From: Candidatus Saccharimonadales bacterium
Lineage (GTDB): Bacteria; Patescibacteriota; Saccharimonadia; Saccharimonadales; UBA10212
Length of the DNA stretch: 64,000 bases
Assembly: GCA_049521895.1 (NCBI GenBank)
Contig: JBEKOJ010000001.1
Location: 554,478 to 618,477, forward strand
Direction: 5' to 3'
The notes below the pieces were generated by a model. It ran no database searches. It had not been told where the DNA came from and worked only from the letters and a program-made list of their open reading frames with translations. Position numbers and translations under genes: made by a program. Positions 10,865-19,379 of the stretch are shown here, one piece after another. Position 1 is the stretch's first letter, and every line of letters begins with the position of its first letter.

Positions 10865-11353
10865 TTATATCCTTGGAAAAAGCCGCAGACTTTCATAAAT
10901 CTCCACACATCCTTCAAGACCAAGCTCCCCCACTTCTTCAACCAGCAGTTCTCGATAATCCATATCTGTCGCCCAAACACTTTTTTGGATTTGCTCAAAA
11001 CCCCAAGATTTAAGAAGCATCCGAAGCCGATGCCTAGCCACCCTCTTTTCTTCTGGCACATCAAAAATAACCATCAATCTTGCATGACTATCTAGGTGTT
11101 TGGCTAGGAATGGCTTAATTTCGTCCATGCCTTTTGCGGTCAATTTTGGTTGTTGCCCAAAGCTATCAATAAAACCTTGCCGCTGGCCTCGCCAATAAGC
11201 ATTCTTCAACGTGGACTGTTTGTGCCCAGAGACTTTTTCCAGCTCATTGAAAAACTTACTGGGTTTAAAGCCCAACATTAAATTTTCTTTGGAGTATGGA
11301 ACCATACTTTTTAATACAAAGACCAGAGCTGAGTGTTTCTTGTGCTGTCTCAT
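10865..11353 (-). CDS. PaaX-family-like transcriptional regulator (short form)
   Basis: N-terminal LGFKPSKFFNELEKVSGHKQSTLKNAYWRGQRQGFID resembles the PaaX winged-helix region; LMVIFDVPEEKRVARHRLRMLLKSWGFEQIQKSVWATD resembles the PaaX central segment GKWLLLL...VKKQLIWQGFGAL.PSLMAS; only 162 aa, so it lacks the PaaX C-terminal domain. Confidence 0.4.
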   Translation of the reverse strand: MRQHKKHSALVFVLKSMVPYSKENLMLGFKPSKFFNELEKVSGHKQSTLKNAYWRGQRQGFIDSFGQQPKLTAKGMDEIKPFLAKHLDSHARLMVIFDVPEEKRVARHRLRMLLKSWGFEQIQKSVWATDMDYRELLVEEVGELGLEGCVEIYESLRLFPRI

Positions 11354-11361
11354 CTATAAAC

Positions 11362-11401
11362 CTATTGCAAATTATATGCGATCGCAACAGAAATGCAATT
11401 A
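11362..11401. promoter_or_regulatory. 40-bp near-palindromic element (copy 2) CTATTGCAAATTATATGCGATCGCAACAGAAATGCAATTA
   Basis: Contains the perfect palindrome TTGCGATCGCAA; lies in the upstream region of the minus-strand PaaX-like gene; candidate operator. Confidence 0.35.
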
Positions 11402-11432
11402 TATAAACTCAGGTAAAATTATTTCCGTAAGA

Positions 11433-12107
11433 TTATTTTTCTTTAGGCTCTTTTTCAGGCTCGGCAAAGTCTGGCGTAGCCGGCTTTAAAATTATGTGGC
11501 GTTCATGGCCTTCGCCTATTGATTCAGTCTCCAGCCCATAGTCAGTAGCCGCTTTATGCACGGCGCGCCTGTCGGCCGGGTTCATCGGCGCGAGTTCTTT
11601 AAGCTGCCCGCTACTTTGAACTTCTTTGAACCAGGTTTCGGCTTCTTTAACCACCCGCTCGGCACGGTGTTTTTTGTAGTCCGCCACGTCGACATTAACT
11701 CTAGTGTAAGCGAAGTTTTGGCTCTTGAGCGCTGAGCTGATAATGTACTGCAGCGAGCGCATAGTATCGCCATGTTGGCCAATTAAAAATCCGTTGAGAT
11801 GTGTGCTGGGTACGTTAAGTTCGATAACTTCGTGGTCTTCGGTGGTGGCATAGACATCGGTATTTAGGCCAAAAAAAGACAACAGGTCTTCGATATATTT
11901 TTTGGCGTATAGAATCGCCTCTTCGATATCATCTTGCGAATCACGGACCGCGCCAGCCTGCCGGCCGGCAGAGTCGTCCGCTCCGCTGTCGCTTTTAGCG
12001 CTCCGCGACGTTGATGGCTGCGGTGCTCCTTCATCGTATACTTGATACGCCTCAGTTCGCTCCTCGCCATCGCCTTGCAGAGCATCTAAATCCGTGTTTC
12101 GCATCAT
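11433..12107 (-). CDS. jag: Jag/SpoIIIJ-associated RNA-binding protein (KH plus R3H domains)
   Basis: KH-like LIGQHGDTMRSLQYI and R3H-like MNPADRRAVHKAATDYGLETESIGEGHERHIILKP; lies directly downstream of yidC, the classic arrangement. Confidence 0.75.
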   Translation of the reverse strand: MMRNTDLDALQGDGEERTEAYQVYDEGAPQPSTSRSAKSDSGADDSAGRQAGAVRDSQDDIEEAILYAKKYIEDLLSFFGLNTDVYATTEDHEVIELNVPSTHLNGFLIGQHGDTMRSLQYIISSALKSQNFAYTRVNVDVADYKKHRAERVVKEAETWFKEVQSSGQLKELAPMNPADRRAVHKAATDYGLETESIGEGHERHIILKPATPDFAEPEKEPKEK

Positions 12108-13027
12108 CTTCTCCTTCGATTTTTACGGGCAGCGCGTTTCTTCGGAGACAATACTTTTTTTGTCTGTGGTTGATCTTCGCCTTGGCTGCTAAGGGTGACT
12201 TTGGTAGTAACGGTGGCATCGGCCTCGGTGGCATCTTCTTTTAGAATCCGCGCCTGCTGCAGATAGGCTGCCGCACTGCTAACGAACCAGTAAAGTGGCA
12301 GTGCCGCCGGAAAACTTAGGCCGAATATAAATACAACGCCGGGAATTAGGAACTGCGTATTGCGCATAACGGCCGCATTAACCTCAGCCTGGTCAGCGTT
12401 TTTCCCCTTCCCCGCTTCGCTTAGAATCTGGCGCAAGCCGCGAGAGTCTTTGCTGCGGGGCATCAGCTGTTTGCTTTGGTAATATTGCGTGATGGCGCTA
12501 AGCGCAACAATTAGTATGGCCGGCCAGTAGATACCGTGCTGATCAATAGCTCTCCGCCCCAGATTAATAAAACCAAACAATGAGTCGTCAAAGCGGTTGA
12601 TATTGGTCGACAGTTCTTTTATCCAGCCCAAGTGATGCAGCACCGGGTAAGAAAAGCTGACGATTTCGTGCGGGGTGTTGACCATGCGCCGGACACTGCT
12701 ATACAGACCGATGATGATTGGCAGCTGGATCAGCAAAATTCCTAAGCTGGCAAAGGGGTTAATCTCGCGCTCTTTATAAAGCTCCATGGTCATGGCTGAC
12801 TCTTTTTGGCGGTCGCCCTTGGCCGAGGCTTTGATCTTCTTGAGCTCTGGCGCCAGCTCGCGCATGGCCTTCGCGTGGTACAGCTGCTTTTTGACCAGCG
12901 GCCACATTAACAGCCGGATGATTATGGTGAAAAGAATAATCGCCAGGCCAAAGTTATGGCCTGGAATGATAGCGTAAATCAGTACCAGCAAATTAAAAAT
13001 CGGCTGGATTATGATAGTCGTTAACAT
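12104..13027 (-). CDS. yidC: membrane protein insertase YidC
   Basis: Multi-TM protein with conserved YidC motifs (IIIRLLMWPLVKKQ ..., PLYWFVSS) and a basic C-terminal tail; position rpmH-rnpA-yidC-jag. Confidence 0.85.
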   Translation of the reverse strand: MLTTIIIQPIFNLLVLIYAIIPGHNFGLAIILFTIIIRLLMWPLVKKQLYHAKAMRELAPELKKIKASAKGDRQKESAMTMELYKEREINPFASLGILLIQLPIIIGLYSSVRRMVNTPHEIVSFSYPVLHHLGWIKELSTNINRFDDSLFGFINLGRRAIDQHGIYWPAILIVALSAITQYYQSKQLMPRSKDSRGLRQILSEAGKGKNADQAEVNAAVMRNTQFLIPGVVFIFGLSFPAALPLYWFVSSAAAYLQQARILKEDATEADATVTTKVTLSSQGEDQPQTKKVLSPKKRAARKNRRRR

Positions 13028-13072
13028 CTAAAGTTAGTCGCTTTCTAGGATCTTACTATAGCACGCAGGCGG

Positions 13073-13447
13073 TCAGCCGTCTTTGAGCTGGGCGGTTGAT
13101 TGTTTTAAAGCACCAGCCGCCGTGAGTTGTTTTTTTACCAGCAGAGTCAACCTCTTGGGCGACTGGTCACTGATTTTGGGCTCATATACATTGAACACGA
13201 TGTCGTACGGGCCATTGATATCAGCCTGTAGTAACCGTACCGCGGCATAGAGGCGCCGACGGATGCGGTTGCGCGCCACGGCCGATTTGTGCACCTTGCG
13301 GCTAATCACTACCGCTACGCGGTAATCACTGCGCCTGGGGTTAGGCGCGGACTTGACCATAAAATACGGGCCGCGGACCGTTTTGCCGTTTTGGTGCACA
13401 TAACGCAGGCCAGCATGCCCGTGAAAACGGTTTTTCCTGGATATCAC
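13073..13447 (-). CDS. rnpA: ribonuclease P protein component
   Basis: RVAVVISRKVHKSAVARNRIRRRLYAAVR is a typical RnpA basic motif; immediately downstream of rpmH. Confidence 0.8.
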   Translation of the reverse strand: MISRKNRFHGHAGLRYVHQNGKTVRGPYFMVKSAPNPRRSDYRVAVVISRKVHKSAVARNRIRRRLYAAVRLLQADINGPYDIVFNVYEPKISDQSPKRLTLLVKKQLTAAGALKQSTAQLKDG

Positions 13448-13479
13448 ACCTATAGCCTATAGGGTTTAGGGACGAGGGT

Positions 13480-13617
13480 CTAGTGGCTCAGGCGGGTGCG
13501 GCCTTTAGCCCGGCGGCGAGCCAGTACATTGCGTCCAGCTTTGTTGGCCATGCGTTTCATAAAGCCGTGTTCGCGACTACGTTGTCGCTTTTTCGGCTGG
13601 TAAGTTCTTTTCGGCAT
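13480..13617 (-). CDS. rpmH: 50S ribosomal protein L34
   Basis: Manually translated minus-strand [48 protein letters not shown] (45 aa, below the ORF-track cutoff); canonical L34 sequence upstream of rnpA. Confidence 0.85.
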   Translation of the reverse strand: MPKRTYQPKKRQRSREHGFMKRMANKAGRNVLARRRAKGRTRLSH

Positions 13618-13870
13618 GCATACACTTTAGCATAAAGTGGAATTCACGACATTAAACCACAGGTTCTGACAAGTTTTCCACGAACTTGCAACTTTTGTCC
13701 ACAAATTAACAGATAGGTCATTAGGTTGTGCATAACTCTTCCTCTTACGTCTGGCTTGGTGCTGATGACGTAGTATTTTTTGTCATAACTGTGGAAAAGC
13801 CCGGTCGGTTTGTCTATAGTGGATTAAAGGTAGCTAAAGTTTTGGAAAGCAAATAGGCGGTGAGGTAAAC
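13618..13870. promoter_or_regulatory. putative oriC / dnaA promoter region with DnaA-box-like 9-mers
   Basis: TTGTCCACA at 13695-13703 (1 mismatch to TTATCCACA), TGTGGAAAA at 13790-13798 (reverse-complement TTTTCCACA), TTTTCCACG at 13674-13682 and AGTGGATTA at 13818-13826; sits between the divergent rpmH and dnaA genes. Confidence 0.5.
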
Positions 13871-15250
13871 GTGCAGGAAAATACACTCTGGCAGGCAGTT
13901 CTTGGGGAAATTGAGTTGAGTGTATCCAGAGGCAATTTTGTTACGTGGTTCAAAAATACCCAACTTATACGCCACAAAGATGATGTATTGGTGGTTGGCG
14001 TGCCTAACATTTTCGTCAAGAACCAGCTGGAGCGTAAGTTCAACGATCTAGTGATTGAAGTCTTGGCCAAAAACGGCGTCAGGCCGATGCGCATCGATTA
14101 CAAGATCCACGCCGTTACAATCCAGCCAACGGCTAACGACAGCACGGTGTTGCTGGACCCCACGCTATCAGTCCAAGACCAACAAAGCCTGAGACCACGG
14201 CCAGCTGTCAGCGGGGTTACCCATTCCTACAGGCAAGGCCTTAATGAACGCTACAGCTTTGATAATTTCGTAGTTGGCGCCGGTAATGAGCTGGCTTACG
14301 CTGCCGGCCAGGCTATCGTGCAAAACCCCGGCAAAAAATATAACCCGCTGTTTATTTATGGTGGCGTAGGTATTGGCAAAACCCACTTAATACAGGCTGT
14401 GGGTAATGCTATTTTAGCTAGTAAACCGGGGGCTCGCGTGGTTTATGCCTCCACTGAGCGCTTCGTGCAAGAGTTCGTCGACGCACTACGCTTTAAGAAA
14501 AACACTTCCGACTTTGCTGATTTTTACCGCAGCGCCGATGTGTTGATAGTTGATGACGTGCAATTTTTAGCCGGAAAGGAAAGGGTCCAAGAAGAGTTTT
14601 TCCACACCTTTAACGCCCTATACCAGGCCAATAAACAAATTATTATGAGCTCTGATAAACCGCCTAGGGACATCCCCACACTGGAAGAGCGCTTAAGGTC
14701 GCGTTTTGCCTGGGGGATGACCATAGACATGCAGAACCCGGATTTTGAAACCCGCGTGGCTATCTTACAATCCAAGGCCAGCAGCCAAGAAGTTGACTTG
14801 CCACAACCTGTTGCCGAAGTTTTAGCTAACCGTGTGCAAAGCAACATCCGCGAGCTAGAGGGCGCACTTAACCAGGTTCTGGCTTTCTGCGAGATGCGCG
14901 GCGTGGAACCATCTATTGAAATCGTATCGTCTTTGTTCGAAAACGGAAAGAACCGCCCCAAGCATTTTAACGCCCGCCAAATAATCGAGCGTACTGCCAA
15001 ACATTTTCACCTGTCGATGGAGGATATCTTGGGACCAAAGCGCGACAAAGACATTGTAGTCCCCAGGCAAATTGCCATGTATATGCTGAGAAGCGAGCTG
15101 CATTTAAGTTTCCCCAAAATTGCCCATGAACTTGGGCGTAAGGACCACACTACCGCCATCCACTCTGTTGAGAAAATTGAGAAGGAGCTCAGCTATGATG
15201 GGCCAATAAAACAATATGTGGGAGAACTTAAGGAGAGGCTCTATGCCTAG
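13871..15250 (+). CDS. dnaA: chromosomal replication initiator DnaA
   Basis: AAA+ Walker [11 protein letters not shown], Walker B LIVDDVQF, and a C-terminal DnaA-box-binding domain ([22 protein letters not shown]). Confidence 0.9.
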   Translation: MQENTLWQAVLGEIELSVSRGNFVTWFKNTQLIRHKDDVLVVGVPNIFVKNQLERKFNDLVIEVLAKNGVRPMRIDYKIHAVTIQPTANDSTVLLDPTLSVQDQQSLRPRPAVSGVTHSYRQGLNERYSFDNFVVGAGNELAYAAGQAIVQNPGKKYNPLFIYGGVGIGKTHLIQAVGNAILASKPGARVVYASTERFVQEFVDALRFKKNTSDFADFYRSADVLIVDDVQFLAGKERVQEEFFHTFNALYQANKQIIMSSDKPPRDIPTLEERLRSRFAWGMTIDMQNPDFETRVAILQSKASSQEVDLPQPVAEVLANRVQSNIRELEGALNQVLAFCEMRGVEPSIEIVSSLFENGKNRPKHFNARQIIERTAKHFHLSMEDILGPKRDKDIVVPRQIAMYMLRSELHLSFPKIAHELGRKDHTTAIHSVEKIEKELSYDGPIKQYVGELKERLYA

Positions 15251-15506
15251 TAGTTGTGTAAAAGTTGTGGAATGGGTTGGTGATAAAATTGTACAAGTTG
15301 GGGTTTTTTGCACAATTTTTGTAGTAGCTATAAAATACTTAACAAGTCAAGTGTTTTTTATACACCCTCTAAACACAGCTTATAAACAACCAAAACTGTT
15401 GTTTACACAACCTCCAAAGTCATTTTTATATCTGTTATTTAATTACTTATACTCACTATCTTTAATCCCTACTACTAATATGAAATTAATTTAAAAGGAT
15501 TAGTAT

Positions 15507-16598
15507 ATGAAACTCCAAGTCACCCAAGAAAATTTAGCCAAAGCCCTAAATACCGTTGCTCGCGTAGCAAACACTCGTAATACCCTACCAATTCTAGCCA
15601 ATGTGCTACTAAAGACCGATAAAAATCGCCTAAGCATTGCCGCCACAAACCTGGATATCGCCATTACCCACCATATTGGATCTAAGATTGAAGAAGACGG
15701 CGCTATAACCGTCCCCGCCCGCTTAATGCAAGACTTTGTAAGCAGCTTACCTGATAGTGTTCTAAAGCTTGAGCTAAGTGATAATAAACTAAATATCACC
15801 ACCGACCAATACCAATCAACTATCAATGGTGTGGCCGCCGACGACTTCCCGGTGATGCCGGCCATTAGTGGTGGTGTGACTTGGCGGCTGCCAATACATG
15901 ATTTTAAAAAAGCTCTATCGCAGGTGGTTTTCGCAGCCAGCGCTGATGATGCCCGGCCGGTTTTAACGGGAGTGTATTTCCATAGTTTTGGCGGTGAAGT
16001 GGTAGCAGTGGCTACTGATAGCTACCGTTTAGCCGAAAATAAACTTGGTAAAAACAAGAACTCGGTCAATTTTTTGGTACCGGCTAGCGCGGCAGCAGAT
16101 TTACTGCGGATTATCAGCGATTCAGATAAAGAGGTAGTAGTTACGCACGACGACCAACAAGTACTGTTCCAAATTGGCGATGTAACACTGGTGGCTCGTT
16201 TAATCGAGGGCAACTACCCCGACTACCGTAAACTAATCCCCTCCAAGTTCGCAACCACAGTCAAGTTGAAACGGGCTGATTTTATTAACATTACCAAAGT
16301 CTCTAGCCTCTTTGCCCGAGAAAGTGCCGGCAGTATAACCATCAAGGCCGACAAAACTGCCAAAGAAGTTAGCATTAATGCCATCGCTTCGCAACTTGGC
16401 GAGAATACTGCTAAAGCCTCAGCGGTGGTCAGCGGCTCTGGCGAGCTTACCCTAAACTCTCGATATTTGATTGAAGCGTTGAACGCCTTTGTTGGCGATG
16501 AGATAGAGTTTTGCTTCAATGGCAAGCTGGAGCCTTGCATCCTTCGGAGTGGCAATGACCCCAATTACCTACATTTAATAATGCCACTCCGGAGCTGA
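15507..16598 (+). CDS. dnaN: DNA polymerase III beta sliding clamp
   Basis: 363 aa starting MKLQVTQENLAKALNTVARV with a three-domain beta-clamp pattern; follows dnaA. Confidence 0.85.
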   Translation: MKLQVTQENLAKALNTVARVANTRNTLPILANVLLKTDKNRLSIAATNLDIAITHHIGSKIEEDGAITVPARLMQDFVSSLPDSVLKLELSDNKLNITTDQYQSTINGVAADDFPVMPAISGGVTWRLPIHDFKKALSQVVFAASADDARPVLTGVYFHSFGGEVVAVATDSYRLAENKLGKNKNSVNFLVPASAAADLLRIISDSDKEVVVTHDDQQVLFQIGDVTLVARLIEGNYPDYRKLIPSKFATTVKLKRADFINITKVSSLFARESAGSITIKADKTAKEVSINAIASQLGENTAKASAVVSGSGELTLNSRYLIEALNAFVGDEIEFCFNGKLEPCILRSGNDPNYLHLIMPLRS

Positions 16599-16638
16599 GA
16601 GCCGATAGCCGAGAGCTTAGAGCTGGTAGGATAGGGTC

Positions 16639-16998
16639 ATGGCTACTCAATCATTTAAGGATTTAATAGTTTGGCAGCGGGCCAAGACTCTCTACGTTGA
16701 AATCCATAAAGCTTTTAAGGACGTAAAAGATTATTCTTTCAGGGACCAAATACTCCGTGCGGCTCTCTCTGTCCCCAATAATATTGCCGAGGGCTATGCT
16801 CGGCGTAGCGATAAAGCATTTAAAAATTTCCTATTTATAGCTAAAGGTTCCGTAGCTGAGGTTGAATCAATGCTTTTAATGGCTCCCGAGCTAGATCTCA
16901 TAAATAAAGAAGAACAGATTGAACTTTTAGCTATCGCCGAAGAAGTCTCGAAACTCTTGATGGGATTTATGAAGAAGCTCTCGGCTGAGGACTCTTAG
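16639..16998 (+). CDS. four-helix-bundle protein (TIGR02436 / 23S rRNA IVS-protein family)
   Basis: DLIVWQRAKTLYVEIHKAF ... AALSVPNNIAEGYARRSDKAFKNFLFIAKGSVAEVESML is characteristic of the family. Confidence 0.7.
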   Translation: MATQSFKDLIVWQRAKTLYVEIHKAFKDVKDYSFRDQILRAALSVPNNIAEGYARRSDKAFKNFLFIAKGSVAEVESMLLMAPELDLINKEEQIELLAIAEEVSKLLMGFMKKLSAEDS

Positions 16999-17001
16999 CT
17001 C

Positions 17002-18066
17002 ATGGCTATTGACGTCATTCGCTTACAAAACTTTCGTTCTTATGAGGACGAAAGTTTTGAATTTGAATATGGCGTCAATATTGTGGTCGGGCCGAATGCT
17101 AGCGGCAAAACCAATCTGTTAGAAGCGATCTTGGTTCTGGCCCGCGGTGGTTCATACAAAGCCCACGACGCAGACCTAGTGCGGTTTAACAAGCCGTGGG
17201 CCCGCCTGGACGGTTATTTTGGCAAGCAAAGCCGCTTGGCAAAGCTGGTTTTGCGCAACGATAAGGCTGACAAAAGCTTTTTAATTAACGATAAGCCGTA
17301 TAGGCGCCTGAGCCTCGAGCGCACCGTGCCGATAGTATTTTTTGAGCCCAACAATTTACAGTTAATTACTCGCGGCCCCGACCAGCGGCGTGAATACATT
17401 GACGAGCTATTGGAGCGCAGCTTACCGGGCTTTAAGGCTTTAGCCGCTAACTACCGCCGCGCCCTGGCCCAACGTAATGCTCTACTGAAATACCATCCGA
17501 CACAAGGGGCTAAGCAGTTGTTCGCCTGGGATGTACGCTTAAGCGAACTCGGCGGTAAAATAGCCGCTGCCCGGCAACAGTTAGTTGATCAAATCAACAA
17601 AAACCTCAGCAAAAATTATAATCAGATAGCCCATAGCCGAATTAGCGCCCGCCTGAACTATAATAGCCACTTCCCGGCCGAAGCCTACGCCAGCAAAATG
17701 CTTTCCAAGCTATCCGCCAGCAGCCAATCAGATTTCGATAGAGGATTTACGGCTTACGGCCCGCACCGCGAGGACATCAGCTTTTCGCTCAACAAAAAAC
17801 TTGTCGGCCAGACCGCCTCGCGTGGCGAGACACGCAGCCTGATGCTGGCCTTAAAAATTTTTGAATTGGATTTGATAGAAAAAACCCGCGGCCAAAAGCC
17901 AATCCTGCTACTAGACGATGTATTTTCCGAACTGGACGGCGCCCGCCGCCGCTCGCTGGTCAGTTACCTAAAAAAATACCAAACTATTATAACTACTACG
18001 GATGCTGATGCGGTCATAGAGTATTTCGGCAACAAGCATAAAATGATCGCGTTATCCGGTCGTTAG
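17002..18066 (+). CDS. recF: DNA replication and repair protein RecF
   Basis: Walker A VVGPNASGKTNLLEAI and a C-terminal LLLDDVFSELD Walker B/signature; order dnaA-dnaN-recF. Confidence 0.85.
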   Translation: MAIDVIRLQNFRSYEDESFEFEYGVNIVVGPNASGKTNLLEAILVLARGGSYKAHDADLVRFNKPWARLDGYFGKQSRLAKLVLRNDKADKSFLINDKPYRRLSLERTVPIVFFEPNNLQLITRGPDQRREYIDELLERSLPGFKALAANYRRALAQRNALLKYHPTQGAKQLFAWDVRLSELGGKIAAARQQLVDQINKNLSKNYNQIAHSRISARLNYNSHFPAEAYASKMLSKLSASSQSDFDRGFTAYGPHREDISFSLNKKLVGQTASRGETRSLMLALKIFELDLIEKTRGQKPILLLDDVFSELDGARRRSLVSYLKKYQTIITTTDADAVIEYFGNKHKMIALSGR

Positions 18067-18759
18067 AATCTGTTCAGCGCGGTTGAAAAAATCAGCGAAC
18101 TGTGCAGCTACCACTGCTTCAGGAACAGATTTGGTTGGCATGGCGTCCGTAGCGGATTGGCTGGTCCATTCACCGAACGGTGGGTGAAAACCGTCAATGT
18201 TCTCTGTATCTACAGAATAAATCCTAGAGTTGTGGGGGTCCTGGAGCGTCTGTATGGCTACCTGGCCCGGGACGAAGTCTCCGTTGATATCGAAGTGCGT
18301 CAAAGCTAAATTTACCCTTGTTCTTTTGAAGCCACCAAAAACCTTGGAATCAGCGCCCAGAATTACCGCCGCCGCAATGGGCACTTTTTCACCTTTGAGA
18401 GTCTGGACCATCACCCAATTGTAATGACCCGGGCTTGTCCTGTCGGGTGTCGAGACGTATTGCGTTGTGCCTTTATTGTGATGACCGGGTGAAAATTTAA
18501 CCTCTTTCGCCAGACCTTGCAGCTCTTTATCTACTACGGCAATAAATGCCTGCGGTCCTCTTTCAGCCTGATAAATCATCTCCTGCCTTACGCCAGTGTC
18601 TGCGTGCGACAGCTCCACTGACTTTGCGACAGCAGGCCCGGCAGTAAGACTAAACACGCCGGGGATGCTACTTACGAGGGCGCCCACATGCGCTCTGCGG
18701 CTATGCTTATTCCTAATCTGATTGGGGTCTTGAGTCTGGTTATGTTCGTTAGATTTCAT
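18052..18759 (-). CDS. hypothetical exported protein (last gene of the T4SS-like operon)
   Basis: N-terminal signal-like hydrophobic segment; no recognised catalytic motif. Confidence 0.3.
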   Translation of the reverse strand: MKSNEHNQTQDPNQIRNKHSRRAHVGALVSSIPGVFSLTAGPAVAKSVELSHADTGVRQEMIYQAERGPQAFIAVVDKELQGLAKEVKFSPGHHNKGTTQYVSTPDRTSPGHYNWVMVQTLKGEKVPIAAAVILGADSKVFGGFKRTRVNLALTHFDINGDFVPGQVAIQTLQDPHNSRIYSVDTENIDGFHPPFGEWTSQSATDAMPTKSVPEAVVAAQFADFFNRAEQILTTG

Positions 18760-18796
18760 TGCCTCGCATTATATCATATATGTTAGCCGTAGTCAA

Positions 18797-19366
18797 TTAA
18801 TGCCCCTGGCCAGTATCGTCTTCGCTAATAAGCCAACCGCTTCCCTGCTTAATCAACACTAGGATTGGTGGTGGTTGCTGCCCGGTATGCACCCAACCAA
18901 ACTCTAACGACGAAGCAGGAACCTCTTTCCCGGTTTTTTGGTCGATTGCCTTGTCGGTTAGAGAGCATAAAATAGTGCCGTTTGCACTCGTCGGCTTACC
19001 ATATACTCCCTGCCAGTAGCAATTGCTGGTAGTAGCTCTAACTATGTAGCCATTTTGATGCGCGTAAGTGTAATCATATGGGATGCTACTAGTTGAGGGG
19101 TTTTGAGCGGGCTGTAAATGCATAAACCACTCTTGGGTAACCAGGGGTTTAATCGTTGATAACCAGGAAGACGGTGACGATTGATCTACCCCGATACTGT
19201 TTTCCCTCGCTTGTAAATATTTGTCAATTACTGAAAGTACTGCTTGAGAAGGAGTACTATAGGCCTTTGGCGCTGGGGCGTTGTTACGTTTAGTCAGTAT
19301 ACCTATGGCTACTACCAATACTAAAATAGTGGCTAAGCAGGTTACTAGAAGCCTTTTATTACGCAT
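18797..19366 (-). CDS. hypothetical N-terminally anchored membrane protein (VirB8-like topology)
   Basis: A single N-terminal TM helix (LLVTCLATILVLVVAIGIL) followed by a roughly 160 aa extracytoplasmic domain; the size and topology resemble VirB8/TcpC, but there is no sequence-level proof. Confidence 0.25.
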   Translation of the reverse strand: MRNKRLLVTCLATILVLVVAIGILTKRNNAPAPKAYSTPSQAVLSVIDKYLQARENSIGVDQSSPSSWLSTIKPLVTQEWFMHLQPAQNPSTSSIPYDYTYAHQNGYIVRATTSNCYWQGVYGKPTSANGTILCSLTDKAIDQKTGKEVPASSLEFGWVHTGQQPPPILVLIKQGSGWLISEDDTGQGH

Positions 19367-19379
19367 ATTATTTAGTCTC

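Noticed and set aside
10865-11353. Possible stand-alone Cas2 (C-terminal VIFDVPEEKRVARHRLRMLLKSWGFEQIQKSVWA resembles the Cas2 pattern YDV...RRR.KV.K.L..YG.R.Q.SVF)
   Set aside because: The N-terminal half and the GFEQ/SLMAS-like segment align better with the PaaX regulator family. No CRISPR array or other cas genes are present in the window. I kept it as PaaX-like at low confidence.
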